A stretch of 35,825 nt of DNA from Hydrurus foetidus (GCA_900617105.1 UYFQ01000259.1:1-35825); one strand, 5' to 3'. Counted from the stretch's first letter, positions 1-13,320 are shown. Program-made: numbers and translations. The notes: a model not told the origin generated them from the letters alone.

Positions 1-107
1 TTTTCATTACCTTTTTCAGCATTTTTCTTTCTCACGCTAGAGTCATATTTGTTTTGTTACACACTGTAGCTAGAGACTCGCCAAAAGAGAGAGAGAAATG
101 AGAAAAC

Positions 108-126
108 GAGAGATAAGTAGGGGTAG
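108..126 (+). other. Polypurine tract of a Gypsy-like element extending off the left edge
   Basis: Purine-rich GAGAGATAAGTAGGGGTAG directly precedes TGTGGC. It has the same GTAG|TGT junction as the Gypsy-1 PPT/3' LTR (AAGGAGGAAGGAGTAG|TGTAG). Confidence 0.6.
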
Positions 127-334
127 TGTGGCTCCCTCAGGGTCTGCTACCCCATTCAGCCGATTAGATGCTGTTTCCACCTTAGTACCTTCGTGTTCAC
201 AGCCACGACTATCAGTCACTAGCTAGTTTGTGCTGCTTTGCAGAAGTTACTAGCGTACCTCCTGTTTGCATCCCTAACTAACAAGCTCCTTTTAGCCTTT
301 AGACTTCCCTTCTTTCTAGCCCTCAAAGGTCACA
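127..334 (+). mobile_element. Probable 3' LTR (208 bp) of an LTR retrotransposon inserted into ORF1 of Harbinger H1
   Basis: TGTGGC...GGTCACA termini (TG...CA with imperfect terminal IR) resemble the Gypsy-2 LTR ends TGTGAC...GGCCACA. It is preceded by a PPT. The partner LTR and TSD are outside the window. Confidence 0.6.
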
Positions 335-335
335 C

Positions 336-518
336 TTGACCGTAAGTGAGAGAGAGGAAAGAGATCGTGAAGACGAAAAATACCTGGTACAAGAGCGTAT
401 CAGGAGAAACGTGGCGAACAACATTGCATGTGCGAAACATTACGGCACTACCAGTTCCACGATCTCAAAAGTGAAGACAAGAGGCGTAACAAGAAGTACA
501 ATTTCTAAGATGGTTTAA
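336..518 (+). pseudogene. C-terminal fragment of Harbinger H1 ORF1 (accessory protein)
   Basis: Ends tail-to-tail with the transposase, as ORF1 does in H2-H4. The basic C-terminus (KTRGVTRS) resembles the H3 and H4 ORF1 tails (TRTRGVSRKR, GRVTRGS). It is cut at the LTR boundary. Confidence 0.55.
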
Positions 519-554
519 TATGTTTTATTTACAATTCAATAATATTTTCTTATT

Positions 555-2100
555 TTACTCTTTCATTTTGCCTGTTCTTGAAGGCCATACTATATCTTTA
601 ACTGCCCACCTCCTATGAAAACTAGTTACTAATTTTTCTCTAAAATCTTTATTTCTCATTCTTAATATTTTGTAAGTCTTTTCTTCTCCACTATTTTTTA
701 AGTTTTTTATTTCTTCTTCTCGGTTGTCTAAAAGATTATTACATAAATCCTTGCCTCGGGCAAATTGTGAAGTATCAAGTTCTCTTATATCACATCCATC
801 TCTTACTCTACGAAATATAAGTGGGGCATAAATTTCAACATCACCTACGGCATGCCACCCTATTCACCTTCAAAAGAACTTGGTACACCTTTTTTCCACT
901 TCTTGTCTAATCCATCAACATTCAGTGACATGTTGCGTAGGGCACAGCAAGTAAACCAAATGTTATCAGCAGCTTCGATCCCATGAACTCTGATTCATGA
1001 TTTTAAAATTCTCCATCTCCCTATAAATATTATAATATATCATTATCTATTATCTTTTAATATCCCAAAGGTGCATTCGACATCTTTTCTCATAGATTCG
1101 GCCCATTTGGACCAACGCTGTTCTTTCTTCGACTGTGAATGTTTGAAGGGACATATAAGTGTGGGCCAATTTAAATATCCCCCATCCACAAGGATCCAGG
1201 CCCCAGTATAATTTTCATTTTTTCCCTCGCTATCTTTCAGTGTAAATTGATGATCATTCAAGTATGTACCATTCTGCATGTCAGTCACTAACCCATCAAA
1301 TCGCACTACAGTCATATCATTCCATCTTCCGGGGTATCCAACTGTTGACGCAATAATCTAGCGTCGATGATTGGCCACGATTTGGAATGCACGCGTCGTA
1401 TGAGAACTTTTCCCTCCTAAATTCTGATTCTTAAGCTTGTAGTGGCATCTCTCCAATATGATATGTGTAACATCCGCTGACCCAATACACCCATCAAAAC
1501 CAGCCTCAGCATATTCAGACATACAGTCTTCTATCTCCTCAGGAGTTTCCGGCCTCTTCACCCACTTGGGATAGAGATGTTTGCGGCATGCTACAACGAA
1601 TACTTTGAAGAATCGACGATGTACTTCTTCAGAGACGCTTGTAGCCTCGTAGAGGTCATCGAAAGTCCAGCTCCTTCCCAGGTAACGTAGTGCTCCCAAA
1701 ATCAATATTTCCAGTAAAATGCCCATCTCCCCAAGAGCGTTACGTCTTTCATAATCAGGAAACCACTTATCTTCTCTAGCCTCCCTCACTAGATCTAAGA
1801 ATGCAGTGTGAGGCATTCTAAATCTTCTTCTAAATAGATTCATATGCTTCTTATTTAGTGGTTGATCAGGGAATCTGACGTATCTGCGATACCAATCTGA
1901 CTCAAAGCAGTCATTAGGATTGTATCCATCGTTATTTCTGTTACGAAAGGGCATTTTCTTTGGTGGAACTGGTTCGGCAGCCTCGTTTTCTTCTAATAGC
2001 TCATCGCGCCTCTTCTTAAAGACGACATAACTTTCCAAATCTGGATACCTATCCTCACCAATGCAGTCCCGAAGTTTTGGTGACTTTTCCGTAGCTTCAA
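555..2100 (-). pseudogene. PIF/Harbinger DDE transposase (H1), disrupted
   Basis: Motifs FRRRFRM, GCIGSADVTHI, LVDGGY, RKDVECTFGILKG and C-terminal WPSRTG. In-frame TAG at 1358-1360. Intron remnant 1021-1053 has AT instead of a GT donor. Start codon not found. Confidence 0.9.
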
Positions 2101-2641
2101 CTTAGTTGTTAATGCTTAAATTGACGATTTCTTAAATTTAATGTGAATAATTCCTATTCTGTCACGCCATTTTGTCACGGAGAATCTGGAGCCAAATTTT
2201 GTCAAACAACTGCCTGGAGGATCACGAAAAACATAGTTTTTCAATTTGTATTCCGGATCCTCCACCATAACAAATAACGACCCGGAGGATTACGGTGTTT
2301 TTCTATTTCGTATTTCGTATTTCGTCCAACCGTATGGATTGACCTTAGGCCAAACCTTATAGCGCACCGATTACGGATTACGGATTTAAAAAAACTCGTG
2401 ATTCCGTATTCGTGATTGAGGTCGTTCCATGCGGTCGACGGATTACGGATGACTGATACATCTCGTCAATTCGTCATCCATCGCCTCTCAGACAATACGA
2501 TGCGACGGATGACGAATTGACGGATTGTAATGATCGGTTGTGTCACCTCCATTATGGTAGACCGTTTACCGATGACTTATTACCTATTATTACTCAAGCG
2601 TTGTACACATTTTTACAACCACACATAGTATATACAATCAT

Positions 2642-4720
2642 ATGACTATGAAGCGTTCAGATGTCCCAAGTAATCACTATCCCCCGAATTCGAAGATGAG
2701 CACGACATCTCACTCGCGAGAGGCTCCTGCTATAGTATCAGCTAAGAGGGCCAAATATATTCCGCCGCCATCTTTAACTGCCAAGCAGTTGAAAGCATTT
2801 CAATATCTTGTTGGTGGCGCAACTTACATATCTATTTTGGAAGGAGGAACGATGAACAAAGCTGGGCTCCGAGACAAATGCGCGAAAACGTTTCATGGCT
2901 ACGACGAAGACCATCTTGGAGTTGTTCATAATTTCTTGGAGGGCAATGGCCGATTTGAGGTCATCTCGGATAATGGAAGGATAGCCAGCGGTTATGGTCA
3001 ATTATCAGGCTTGCGAAGAGATAGCATAGACATGAGCATCCGGGATGCTACTCTCCGCGGAGATCACACTTTATCTGGGAGGCAAATAATGGAGAAAGCA
3101 AAAAGTGTCCTTTGTGAATCTAAGAAATATCTCGCGTACTGGATGGAGTTCATGATAAATGGATCAATGCCAAGCGGGATGAATGAAGACAATGCCCTCA
3201 AATACGTCATGAAAAGAGCCATGGAGGAAACGTCGTGTGAAATTGAGCCCGATCATGAATCCCCCCCCCGGTGAGTATGTAATAAACCTGCTCTCGTCCG
3301 AATTCTTGCAAATCATAAATGCATGTGATGATTTTGTCGGTCAATTTCTTTTCGAGATATGTCTATTATCTAAAAATCTGTTGATGTCTTAATAAAGTCT
3401 CTTGTTTACAGGACTAACGCTTGCATTTTTTCTTAAACCGTATTGACTGCTTAGGCGAAAGCGAGGATGACATATCAAAATCTCAGTCTCAGTCTCAGCT
3501 GCTCCAGCGAGATTACACGAACGACAGCCATCTATTTTTTTCTTTTTCTTCATACTCATTTCTAAAATTTAAGTATGTTGCCCCATCAGACATAAAATTT
3601 TGAGAACATCCAAGTAGTTTCAGGAAACAAAAACATGTGAAAGTGACAAATATTTAACTTTCAGAGCCGAAATGTGACCGCATCACTCCTGAAATCCGTA
3701 TTCTGTATTTCTGAAATAATTTGTACTTTATATTTTAAAATGCCACACAGGAACAACGAAGCAGCAAGAGGATCGTCTGAGTTCAATAGTACAAAGATAG
3801 AGATAGTCAAACAAGATCAACAATTTGTGATTGAGCAAAATATTGAAAACAAGGTATTCCGTAAGTATCAGGTAGCGAGGCAGATGTGAGAATCAGTTAC
3901 TTCTGCGAATGATAAGGAGATGTGGTTCAACAGAATGAATGCGTGGGCAGCAAAAATCGATGGGGATGATTATGATGACCTAACACTGGCAAAGCAACCT
4001 GAGACACCTACCATTGATCATCATAAATCAACCCCCAAAACGAATACAAAGGCATCAAGTTCTGTCACGCACAGTAGTGACAAAAATTAAAATTCAATTT
4101 GCACATCGACCTACTCTGAGCAAAAAGCGGAATCATCATTATCACATCAACAGCAAGCACTCTCTGCCAACTCAAATCAACAAAAGGGAGCAATCAAATC
4201 GAATCAACAAAAACAAGTATCCACCAACTCTCAACAACAAAAGGCATCATCAACGTCCCATCAACGACAGAAGGGGTCACGTGAAATCTCTGTCGTTAAA
4301 TAGAAAATGGTATTCACAGAAGTGGCGCCTAAATTTGTCACGCATAAGGAGGAAAGCTCTTCATCGGATTCTGAGTCTGACACGGAATCTTTTAAGGCAG
4401 AGGTTATTATTAGAGCTAAGAAATAAAGAGAGATTATGGAGATGTTCCGTGAGAAAATTAAGCCGGTTACAGTCGGTCGGGAGTGGATCGTTCAAGCTGT
4501 GAATAATGGCGATCAGACACCTGAAACTGTTTCTTTGCGTGACGCTATTTGATCGCACATTAAGAAATCCCAGGAGATAAGTGACACTATCATTTTACTA
4601 CCACCTGATGTTGCGACAACTTCACAACCAACAAATTCACAACCTTCAACTGTTACATCACTTATCAATTCCAAAGTTTCCCAAGAAACAACTCGTCGCG
4701 CAGATAAAACTAGAAAGTAA
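2642..4720 (+). pseudogene. Harbinger H2 ORF1 (accessory, putative DNA-binding protein), spliced and degraded
   Basis: 210-aa first exon ends at a GTGAGT donor near 3271 and contains GSMPSG (compare GQLPS and GLIPSG in H3 and H4). Downstream low-complexity coding fragments end at TAA 4718-4720. Internal exon structure is uncertain. Confidence 0.65.
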
Positions 4721-4750
4721 ATAAAAAAAGTTAATTTAATTAACACAAGT

Positions 4751-6319
4751 TTAAGCAGTCATTTCACCAGTCCTAGAAGGCCATACTATATCTTTTATTT
4801 CCCATCTTTTATGAAAATGTATCACTAGCTTATCACGAAATGTTTTGTTTGTTAATTTTATTACTTTATAATTGGCTATTTTTGGGAATTCAAGCTCTTC
4901 ATCTTTGATTTGACCATACATGAAATCGTTAAGTGGGATTCTGCTCGCATCAAATGATCTAATGTCGTCAGCTGCAAGATTATTCCTAACTCTACGAAAT
5001 ATTAATGGTGCATATGCTTCTACATCTCCTACTGCATGCCAACCTAATTCACCTTCAAAAGGACTAGGATTGCATTTCTTCCATCTTTTATCTAAGCCGT
5101 CTACATTCAGTAACATGTTATGAAGTGCACAACAAGTAAACCAAATATTGTCTGCAGCTTCTATGCCGTGTACTCGAATTCCTGTCTTGAGTATTCTCCA
5201 ACGCCCTAGATATTATGATTTAGTTATTGTACAATACTGTCATTTCTGTTGCATACAATTAAAAATATTTCAAATGTCTTACCTTTTAATATACCAAATG
5301 TGCATTCCACATCTTTCCTCATTGACTCCGCCCAACGGGACCATCTTTGTTCTTTCACTGAGTCAGATTCTTTGAATGGACATATGAGAGTGGACCAATT
5401 CAAATAACCTCCATCGACTAATACCCATGCACCACTATATTCCTCATCAGTATCGTTTTGAGTTTTAAGAGTGAACTTATTATCCTTCAAGTAGAGACCG
5501 ACTGAATATCAGTTACAAAACCGTCAAAACGAACGATTGTTTGGTCGTTTCATCTACCTGGATAGCTCACCGTGGAGGCAATGATTTGCCTCCTATGATT
5601 CACAACAATCTCAAAGGCCCTTGTCGTGTGTGACGACTTACACCCTAGATGCTGGTTTCGCAAACGGGCGTAACATTTCTCCAGAATGACGTGGGTGACA
5701 TCGGCTGAGCCTATACAACCATTGAACCCCGCCTCCTTGAATTCGGACATGCAATCCTCAACTTCCTCCGGCGTCTCAGGACGCTTAACCCACTTTGGAT
5801 AAAGGTGCTCCCTGCAAGCTATAGTAAAGTCTCGGAAGAAACGCCGATGACACTCTTCAGAGACATTCGTTGATTCAGAGATGTCATCGAACGTCCAACC
5901 CCTTCCCAGGCAACGCAACGCACCGAGGATCAGAATATCCAAGCATATACCTGGCTGACCGATTGCGTTGTGTCCTCCATACTGAGGGAACCAGTTCCCA
6001 TCTCTGGCCTCTTTCACTAAATCACAGAAAGACTCATGCTCCATGCGGAAGCGGCGACGGAACAGCTTGAAGTGCTTACGATTCTGGTGGAGTAGTGGCT
6101 CCTTGATGTAACGCTTGTACCATATAGACTCTAAAGAGTCTTGAGGGTCATACCCATGAGTACTTCTCTCCAAGTAGGGCCTTTTTTTGTGACATCCTCG
6201 GGGAGTGCCTCATCCTCATCGAGTTTCTCATCACGCTGGTTTACATACTGCACGTATTTGACTGGATCAAAGTTGCCAGCGTCGTCATAACAGTCCTTGA
6301 GGGAAGTGCGGTTGGCCAT
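4751..6319 (-). pseudogene. PIF/Harbinger DDE transposase (H2)
   Basis: Clearly homologous to H1 (GCIGSADVTHV, LVDGGY, RKDVECTFGILKG|RWRILK). GT-AG intron 5206-5282. TGA in place of Trp at 5550-5552. Frameshifts near 6175 and 5500. Confidence 0.92.
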
Positions 6320-6767
6320 GGCTTGAAGTGGTGTGTGTGTTAAGATTTCTATACTTGAATAGAAATGTGACTGCTATCCGTCAACGAATTTGTCACGGCG
6401 GATTTTTTGCATTTTTTTGTCTTGTAGGGGTCTGACGGATCGTTCAAAATATAAAAAGTTAATCCGTATTCGGTAATCCGTCACCGTATTGGCGGAGACG
6501 GTAATGGATTGCAGTAATCCGTCAATCCGTCAATCCGTCGACCGTATGGAACGACCTGAGGCCACTCCTTATCGCGCACCTGAAATACGAGTTTTAATGA
6601 ATCTCGTGTCTCCTTATCGCGCAAGAAATACGAAGATGAAACTCGATAACGCCATATACGAATATCTGGCGCAGGATAACTGGTCCATTCTCGTCTCGAT
6701 CTAGTGACGAGTTCCCTCAAGACGAGTTAGATCACAGTGCTATCTGAGGCAATTAAATTTGACAATT

Positions 6768-8153
6768 ATGGCCTATCAAGTCCAAGACATTAAGAGTTTC
6801 CAATATGTCTGCATCGCCAGGGCAGGTCTTGCTGTTTGCCAAGAACTTGAAATGTGCAAGGAGGAAATTGAGCGAGAAATATTCCAAGAATTCAAATTGG
6901 CATGTGCGGCATCTTGTTTATCACCTGCGTTAGAGGGAATTGACAGAGCTGTCCTACTGAGGTCGAAGAACTTTGTTGTAAAAGTCTATAAACCTGACGA
7001 CTACCACGATGGGGAATCAATCTGGAGAAAATTCGGCGAGATAGAGGGGATTATAGTTAATGACTTCACGTAGCTTTATGTGAAAAATCTTCCCGGTGGA
7101 CAACTACCATCAAGGAAATCTAAGGCAGAGATCATAGAAAAGACGAGAAAGGACGTCTTCCTGAGAGCTAAGAAGAAAAAGAATCCTGAGTCGTCCAAAA
7201 TCTGCCCAGCTAATTGGGCTCCCACGGAGTGGAACACATTCCTTATCTTTGGTGCTGCTACAGATCAACCGGAAAGTGTTTTCTACGCCACGTGAGTCTA
7301 CTGCAAAATAGTCAGAACCCTACGTCATCTTCTGACCAGTCTTATGTACAACGATAGGAAATCAAACGGCCCTGGCGTGACAGCGGGTGATACAACAGTG
7401 AAGAAAGCGAAGAGTAGGAAAGATCAACGCCAAGATCAGCGAATTAAAGAGGACGAAGTAAGAAAAGTCGGTGCAAGAGAACAGCCGACGAATGTAAAGA
7501 AAGATCGCAAAGTTCTACGAGAACTGAACACTGAGCTTAAAGTCAGCAACTTCTTGGATGCCCGTGAAAAAAGATTTGCTGAGCTTAAATACCTCCTGGA
7601 TATCGAAGACGACGAAGAAGAAAAACTCGTCATCAAATCAGAGATCAAAGCACTAATTCGGAATCCTCCGCCAGTTGAGATCGTAGTTGATAACTCAGAT
7701 GATGAAGTCCTTGTTATTTCAAAGGTTCCAGCTTCGGCGACATGCAGTGAGATACCACCCACCCGCGACACTCTCATGAGTACACCACAACAAACCTAGC
7801 TCTGGGGGGATGAAGCACCATCTGAATTTGGCGACACTGAAGAGATCGCAAACCAATCCGGAGAGGGCTTCACTTTCCATGACTACCGTAATCACGACAA
7901 ATGCGACGATGATCAGCATAAACAATCAGATAGTGATACAGAACGGTCCATCTCCACAACTGCATCTCCTCCTCTCGAAGTACCAACTCACCTATCACCG
8001 AGAAGACAGGCTAAAAGAGCAATTGAACCCACTGCTTCGTCATCATTTGTCACTGCATCCTCATCACCACCCACTCCACCTGGTGAAGACTTATTTACTG
8101 AGATGACTCGTACGAGAGGAGTTTCGAGGAAAAGAAAGTTGAACAAAAAATGA
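6768..8153 (+). pseudogene. Harbinger H3 ORF1 (accessory protein)
   Basis: Homologous to H4 ORF1 (F-x3-IARAG, GxSxWRK, GxxPSxKSK, W-x-PTEW-xx-FL-x-(F/Y)GAA). Phase-2 intron 7292-7357. Premature stops at 7071 and 7797. Confidence 0.75.
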
Positions 8154-8162
8154 TAAAGATAA

Positions 8163-9561
8163 TTAAGTTAAGCATTCAATTTGTCGGGCAACATACTGCC
8201 TATTATAATGTTCGACCAGTTTTTTCCGTTGCACGAAGTGTGAATCCTGAACCTCTTCTCCCCCATCATGAAGCATTTGATAGCGTTGATTCACTGCATT
8301 TATTCCGATTAAGCTATAATCAGTTGATCCTACTAAAGCTTGAGCTCTTCTCCAGTGCTTCTTGAATATTGTTATATCTTCTTCAGCATGATGCCCTACT
8401 TGTCCTTCCCAATTAACCTTCTCCTCCCATCGCGCATCATAGCCATCAACGTTCAGCAGTATATTATGCAGGATGCAACAGGTGAAGAACATGTTGTCGA
8501 TCACTGATTTTGATTGATAGAATGTGGGAAGTTTCAGGCATCTAAATCTACCCTTAAGTATACCAAAGCAACACTCCACATCCTTGCGAACCGACTCAAT
8601 CCACTTACTCCATAAGGCTTCCTTAATTTTGGACGTGTGTTTCATGGGGCACTGTAAACACCTCCACTTATGGTAGCCACCATCCACAATAAGGTAGAGT
8701 CCTGTCTGTAATCTAGGAACACCTTCTTCATCGAGAAGTTCGAAAGTTTCATTTTGATAAAGTTTTCTGTCATGAATGGAGGTAACGTATCCATCAAACT
8801 TCACAATAGTCTTATCGTTCCTTGCCCCCGGATGGCCTTGTGTAACACCAATGATTTTCTTGCTGTGATCAACTGTTACTTCATATGATAAAGTGGGATA
8901 TCCCTCTTTCCCCTTGTGAAGTGATCGACCTCCCGCTGGACAACGTTCCCATCTGATATGCACGCAGTCAGTGCTCCCGATGCATCCAGGAAGACCCATC
9001 CTAGCATAAACTCCCGTTGTGTGCTTGATTTCTTCCACAGTTGTTGGTGGAGCGCAGTTGATGCTGAAGTACTTTGCTGCGAAGAAGGCGCAGAACTTGT
9101 GAAAGAACTGTCTCAACACCTCCGCACTGATGAAGCATAGCTCCTCAATCCCGTCAAAGCAGTATCCTCGTCCAAGGACACGCAACACGCTTAAAATTTT
9201 CAGTTCCAATGGTGCTGCAAAAGTTTCCATAGCATCTCGCCCCTCAGTAAACCAGTCATTCTCTCGTGTCATCCTAAGAATTTCCACGTAAACTGGAAAT
9301 GGCACTCTAAATCGTCTTCTGAATAGTTGTCCTCCTTTCCTGTCTTCTGAAACGTGGATGAGCTAGCATCATTCCCCAGGTTGAAAATTCATATTTAGGT
9401 CTTTGCTCGAATTTCCTTCGCTTAAATTCTTTCCTTCTCTTGACCTCGACAATGAAAGGAACTACTATATCACTCATTTCAACAACAAGATCAGCTCGAC
9501 GCTTCATCAGCATGGAGTGTCTGTGAATGATAGCCCGGAGAATCACTTTCTTGAAGTGCAT
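8163..9561 (-). CDS. PIF/Harbinger DDE transposase (H3), nearly intact
   Basis: 380-aa ORF with GCIGSTDCVHI, IVDGGY and RKDVECCFGILKGRF. The N-terminal 84-aa piece joins through a frameshift or small deletion near 9340. No intron. Confidence 0.93.
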
Positions 9562-9828
9562 CTTGATGGACTTTCACTGTTTGAACTGTGACGAAATGCG
9601 ACTGATGATTAATTAGGAGGATGTTGACTACGCTGTATCCAGTTTTTGAAAAGCGTTTTGTCTTCAACATGGTAAGGAGTTACCCAACGAGAAATAAACT
9701 CGCTCTCGTGAACATACCGCGACAAGGAGTAAGATCCCAGGAAAAAAAACGAGTTTAAGATTACGAGAAAATAGAAACTCGTTCTCGTGAAACCTCACGC
9801 GATAAGGAGTGGCCTGACCCCGTGCAGA

Positions 9829-9915
9829 CCCTTATAAGGATCACTGAAACGAAATCCTCAAATCTGTATTTGAAAATTTGTTTTGGTATTTTGTAGCCCT
9901 TATAAGGATCACTGA
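9829..9915 (+). repeat. Subterminal direct repeat CCCTTATAAGGATCACTGA x2 in H4
   Basis: 19-bp identical copies near 9829 and 9897, each with the palindrome CCTTATAAGG, which echoes the TIR core CCTTATA. Confidence 0.85.
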
Positions 9916-10030
9916 TACAATTTATTGAATTAGTTGTTTCTTCAAGTTTTTGAAAGGATTGATTTTAAATCACTCCTCAACACAATTTAATCTTCGAGAA
10001 CTACGTTTAAAGTAAACCTAATCAGACAAA

Positions 10031-11452
10031 ATGATGAACGAATATGCTAACTCGGAGGCGGTCGTGTACGGAGTTAGGCAAGCGGAAAATGAATCTGCCA
10101 AACGTCGCAAAATGCTAGCTGTAAATCCTTACGATGGTGAGGAAGTGGATGATAGCAAGGAGAATTTTCCGTATTCGAAAGTTAGAGGACCGTCGTATGT
10201 GCGAGTATTCAACCTGGGGGAGGATGCTACGTAATCCTAGAACCCGTGATCCTGGTGATAGAAAAGGTGGAGTTCTATTTAGACTTCGCTTCCGGGTTCC
10301 TTTTCTCTATTCGAAAGAATAGCTGCACTTACACGGGAGAAAAATTGATTTACGGAGAGAGGAGATTCCTCTGGTAGACGAGGCGCTCCGTTAGAGCTCA
10401 AAATTCTTGGAGTTTTGGGTGTTCTGGGTAGAGGCTATTGCTTTGATGGGATTGAGGAACTATCTTTCATCAGTGCTGAATGCAACAGGACGTTCTTTCA
10501 CTCATTTTGCTCTCTATTTTCAAAGAAATATTTTGAGGTTTATTGCAACCCACCTGTGGCTGATGCTGAGATTTCCCGGACTTTAAGTGTCTACGATAGA
10601 CTGGGTTTCCCTGGATGTATTGGCAGTACAGATTGTGTTCATATTAGATGGGAAAGGTGTCCTGTCGGAGATCGTTTTTTACACAAAGGGAAGGAGGGTT
10701 ACCCAACAATAGCCTACGAAGTAGCAGTTGATTATACCTCAAAAATTATTGCTGCTACGAAAGGTTTTCCTGGAGCAAAAAATGACAAAACAATTGTTCG
10801 TTTTGATGGATTTGTTTCAGCTATTCATGACGGTGATCTTTATGCCAATGTGAGATACAAAATGTGTAAAGAAAATGCAGAAGAATACCTGGAGAAGGGA
10901 TGTTATCTACTTGTTGACGGAGGATATCATTAGTGGCGCTGCCTTGAGTGTCCTTTGAGACACTCAGCTATCAAAAAAGGATCACTGTGGAGTGAATGGG
11001 CTGAGTCAGTGCGGAAAGATGTTGAGTGTACATTTGGTTCATTAAAAGGTAGATCTCGTTGTCTGAAAATGCCTATTTTTTATAACACAAGAGATGGAGT
11101 AGATAATATGTTCTTCACTTGCTGTATCTTTCATAATTTATTGCTTACTTTTGATGGTCTGGATGCACGTTGGGAAAAAGATATTAATTATGCTGGTATA
11201 GATGGTGAACATGCTGCAGAAGATATGTTTATTTTTCGTCAGCATTTGAGTAGAGTCAAAAATTTATCACCCGTTACTGATTATAGTTTCATAGGAGTTG
11301 ACCGTTTCAGAGATAGATTTGAAATTTCGCATGGAGAAGAAGTTGAAGAATATGAAACTTCTTATAATGAATTAAATAAAAAATTGGTAGATCACTTTGC
11401 CTTCAAACATTCAATCAATGACGTGCATTGGTTAAAGAAGAAATGTGTTTAA
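10031..11452 (+). pseudogene. PIF/Harbinger DDE transposase (H4)
   Basis: YSTWGRML, FRLRFRVPF, GCIGSTDCVHI, LVDGGYH, RKDVECTFG. Several stops and frameshifts (e.g. TAG 10931). Close to the H3 transposase. Confidence 0.9.
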
Positions 11453-11701
11453 AATCAACTTTTTGTAAATATTGTAATCATAAAATCCGTTAACCGATCA
11501 CTGAATCTTGATTACAGATTTTTTTTTTCTAAATTTAACTCCTACGTCGATTATAAGCTAGTTTATCATTTCGAAAATATTTATTTATATCATGTGACAT
11601 ACAATTGTAATTTAAAAAACATTACTTAATATGATATCAACTTATTTCTTCCCCTTTCTGCCCTTTTTTGGCACCGAGAAATAGTCCATGTTATCAGCGG
11701 C

Positions 11702-13320
11702 CTATGATCTTTTTGGGGCAGAGCCTCTTGTCACCCTTCCTGAATTGACAAGTTGAGATGAATAGGAACTGGACGACTGAGATGAATTGGAACTGCACGA
11801 AACGTTTCTGGAAACGAAAGGTCGGGTGATAGGAATTTGACGTTGACGGCGTTCGAAAATTTCATATGCTGTTTCAGTAGTGTCTTGTGTTGGCTCAGAA
11901 GGAGTAAATACATCATTTCTTGAATTGGATGAGTCGGTAATAATGGTTCCATAAACCTTCTCCTTCTCAATGATCTCCTTGTAATCTTCGTCATCTTCGT
12001 CATCTTCTTCAGGTCTCCTCTCTGCTTCTCCATCTTCATCATCTCTGTTCCCCCCATTGTCATTCTCATCTATGGTATCTCCAAAATCATCGTCATCTCT
12101 GTCCTCCTCATCTCTCGCATTTGCATCGTCGTCCGTGTCCGCGTCTGTGTTGAATTTCTCCAATGTTATATGAGAGGTAAGGGACTGGGTAGTGGTATCA
12201 TTCGGATTGCTCTCCTCCACATCACTGAGGACTACGGCAATTGGAACTTCATTCTCCGCTTCGGGTTCAGTTGCCTTCATCTTCTGATAGTTTTGAATGC
12301 CAGGCCCACCATTAATTAAGTACAGCATGTACTCCTTCTGAGAGTCAGCTCGTTGTTGATACGGCAAGAATTCAAGGTTCAGCAACTTCTCCAATTCAAG
12401 GATTCTCTGCGAAAGAATATAAGAATGCAATGAATTAAAGTGAGATATAGTTGTGTTCTATTATTTAATTTACCTGTTGTCTCAACTTCATCTCCACCAT
12501 TGCCTTGTTGATAGCCAAGTTGTTGGCACTGACTTTAGATTCTTGATCCATGTGTTGATCATGTTTGGAGGGTTTCTTCAGCTCGACATTATTCCTTAGC
12601 GTCTCTTCTTTTCTCTATAGATGTCTCTGAGCCTTTCGGCACTGAGACTTTGTTGGTTGGTTCTGGGAGGAGGAGGATATAGACGATGGACCAGAAGACT
12701 TCCTGATAAAATACAGTCATGATTAGCAACGTATCATAGGATTAAATTAACCAGGCTTCAACTTACTCAATGTGAAAAGCTTCATCAGGCTTCTCTGAAG
12801 CTGCTCCATACATTAGAAACACTTCCCACTCGGTAGGATACCAGTCAGGTGAAAATTCTTTCACCACATAACCTCTTGGATTCTTAGAGCGATTTATTGA
12901 AGCATCCTGTTCTGACTTGAACAAAAGCTCCCTAGTCTTTTACAAAATGTCTTCCTTGGATTTCCCCGATGGTATCAGACCATCCTTCCCAAGACATTTA
13001 AAATAGAAGGGAGTGATGGTGTTGGTAACATACTTCTTAATGTCTGCATACTTTCTCCACAGGCTGATGCCAGTGTGCTCATCATCCACTTCGACACTAT
13101 GATTCATGAATTTGCAGGTTCGGAGGTATTTATCTTTGGACAGAAGGCGTATAGAGGACGGCTGGATGAAGGAGGATACATGACTATGCATTTGCGTCAT
13201 CATTTTGTCTTGGATTTGCCCGAGCGACATTTCATATGATGGAATCGACATGCCCGCTCGGGCAATCAACAAGAACTGTTTGGATCTGACGACCTGCAAC
13301 TGGCGCTTTGTTGTCGCCAT
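11702..13320 (-). pseudogene. Harbinger H4 ORF1 (accessory protein with acidic C-terminal tract)
   Basis: Homologous to H3 ORF1. GT-AG introns 12703-12766 (same position and phase as the H3 intron) and 12407-12473. Premature stop at 12940. Confidence 0.75.

Larger units (their letters stand above)
335..2344. mobile_element. PIF/Harbinger element H1 (right part; left part interrupted or off-window)
   Basis: The right end ...CCGTATGGATTGACC|TTA resembles the H2 TIR (CCGTATGGAACGACC). It contains a minus-strand DDE transposase and a convergent ORF tail. Confidence 0.85.
2420..6556. mobile_element. PIF/Harbinger element H2 (4137 bp)
   Basis: TIR GGTCGTTCCAT(G/A)CGGTCGACGGATT (about 25 bp, 1 mismatch). 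TGA at 2417-2419 and 6557-6559. ACGGAT subterminal repeats. Two convergent genes. Confidence 0.92.
6560..9814. mobile_element. PIF/Harbinger element H3 (3255 bp)
   Basis: 17-bp TIR GGCCACTCCTTATCGCG at both ends. TGA at 6557-6559 (shared with H2) and at 9815-9817. Confidence 0.93.

Noticed and set aside
11702..12430. Acidic 242-aa ORF as a host gene
   Set aside because: It is the last exon of H4 ORF1, inside the TIRs and joined by GT-AG introns.
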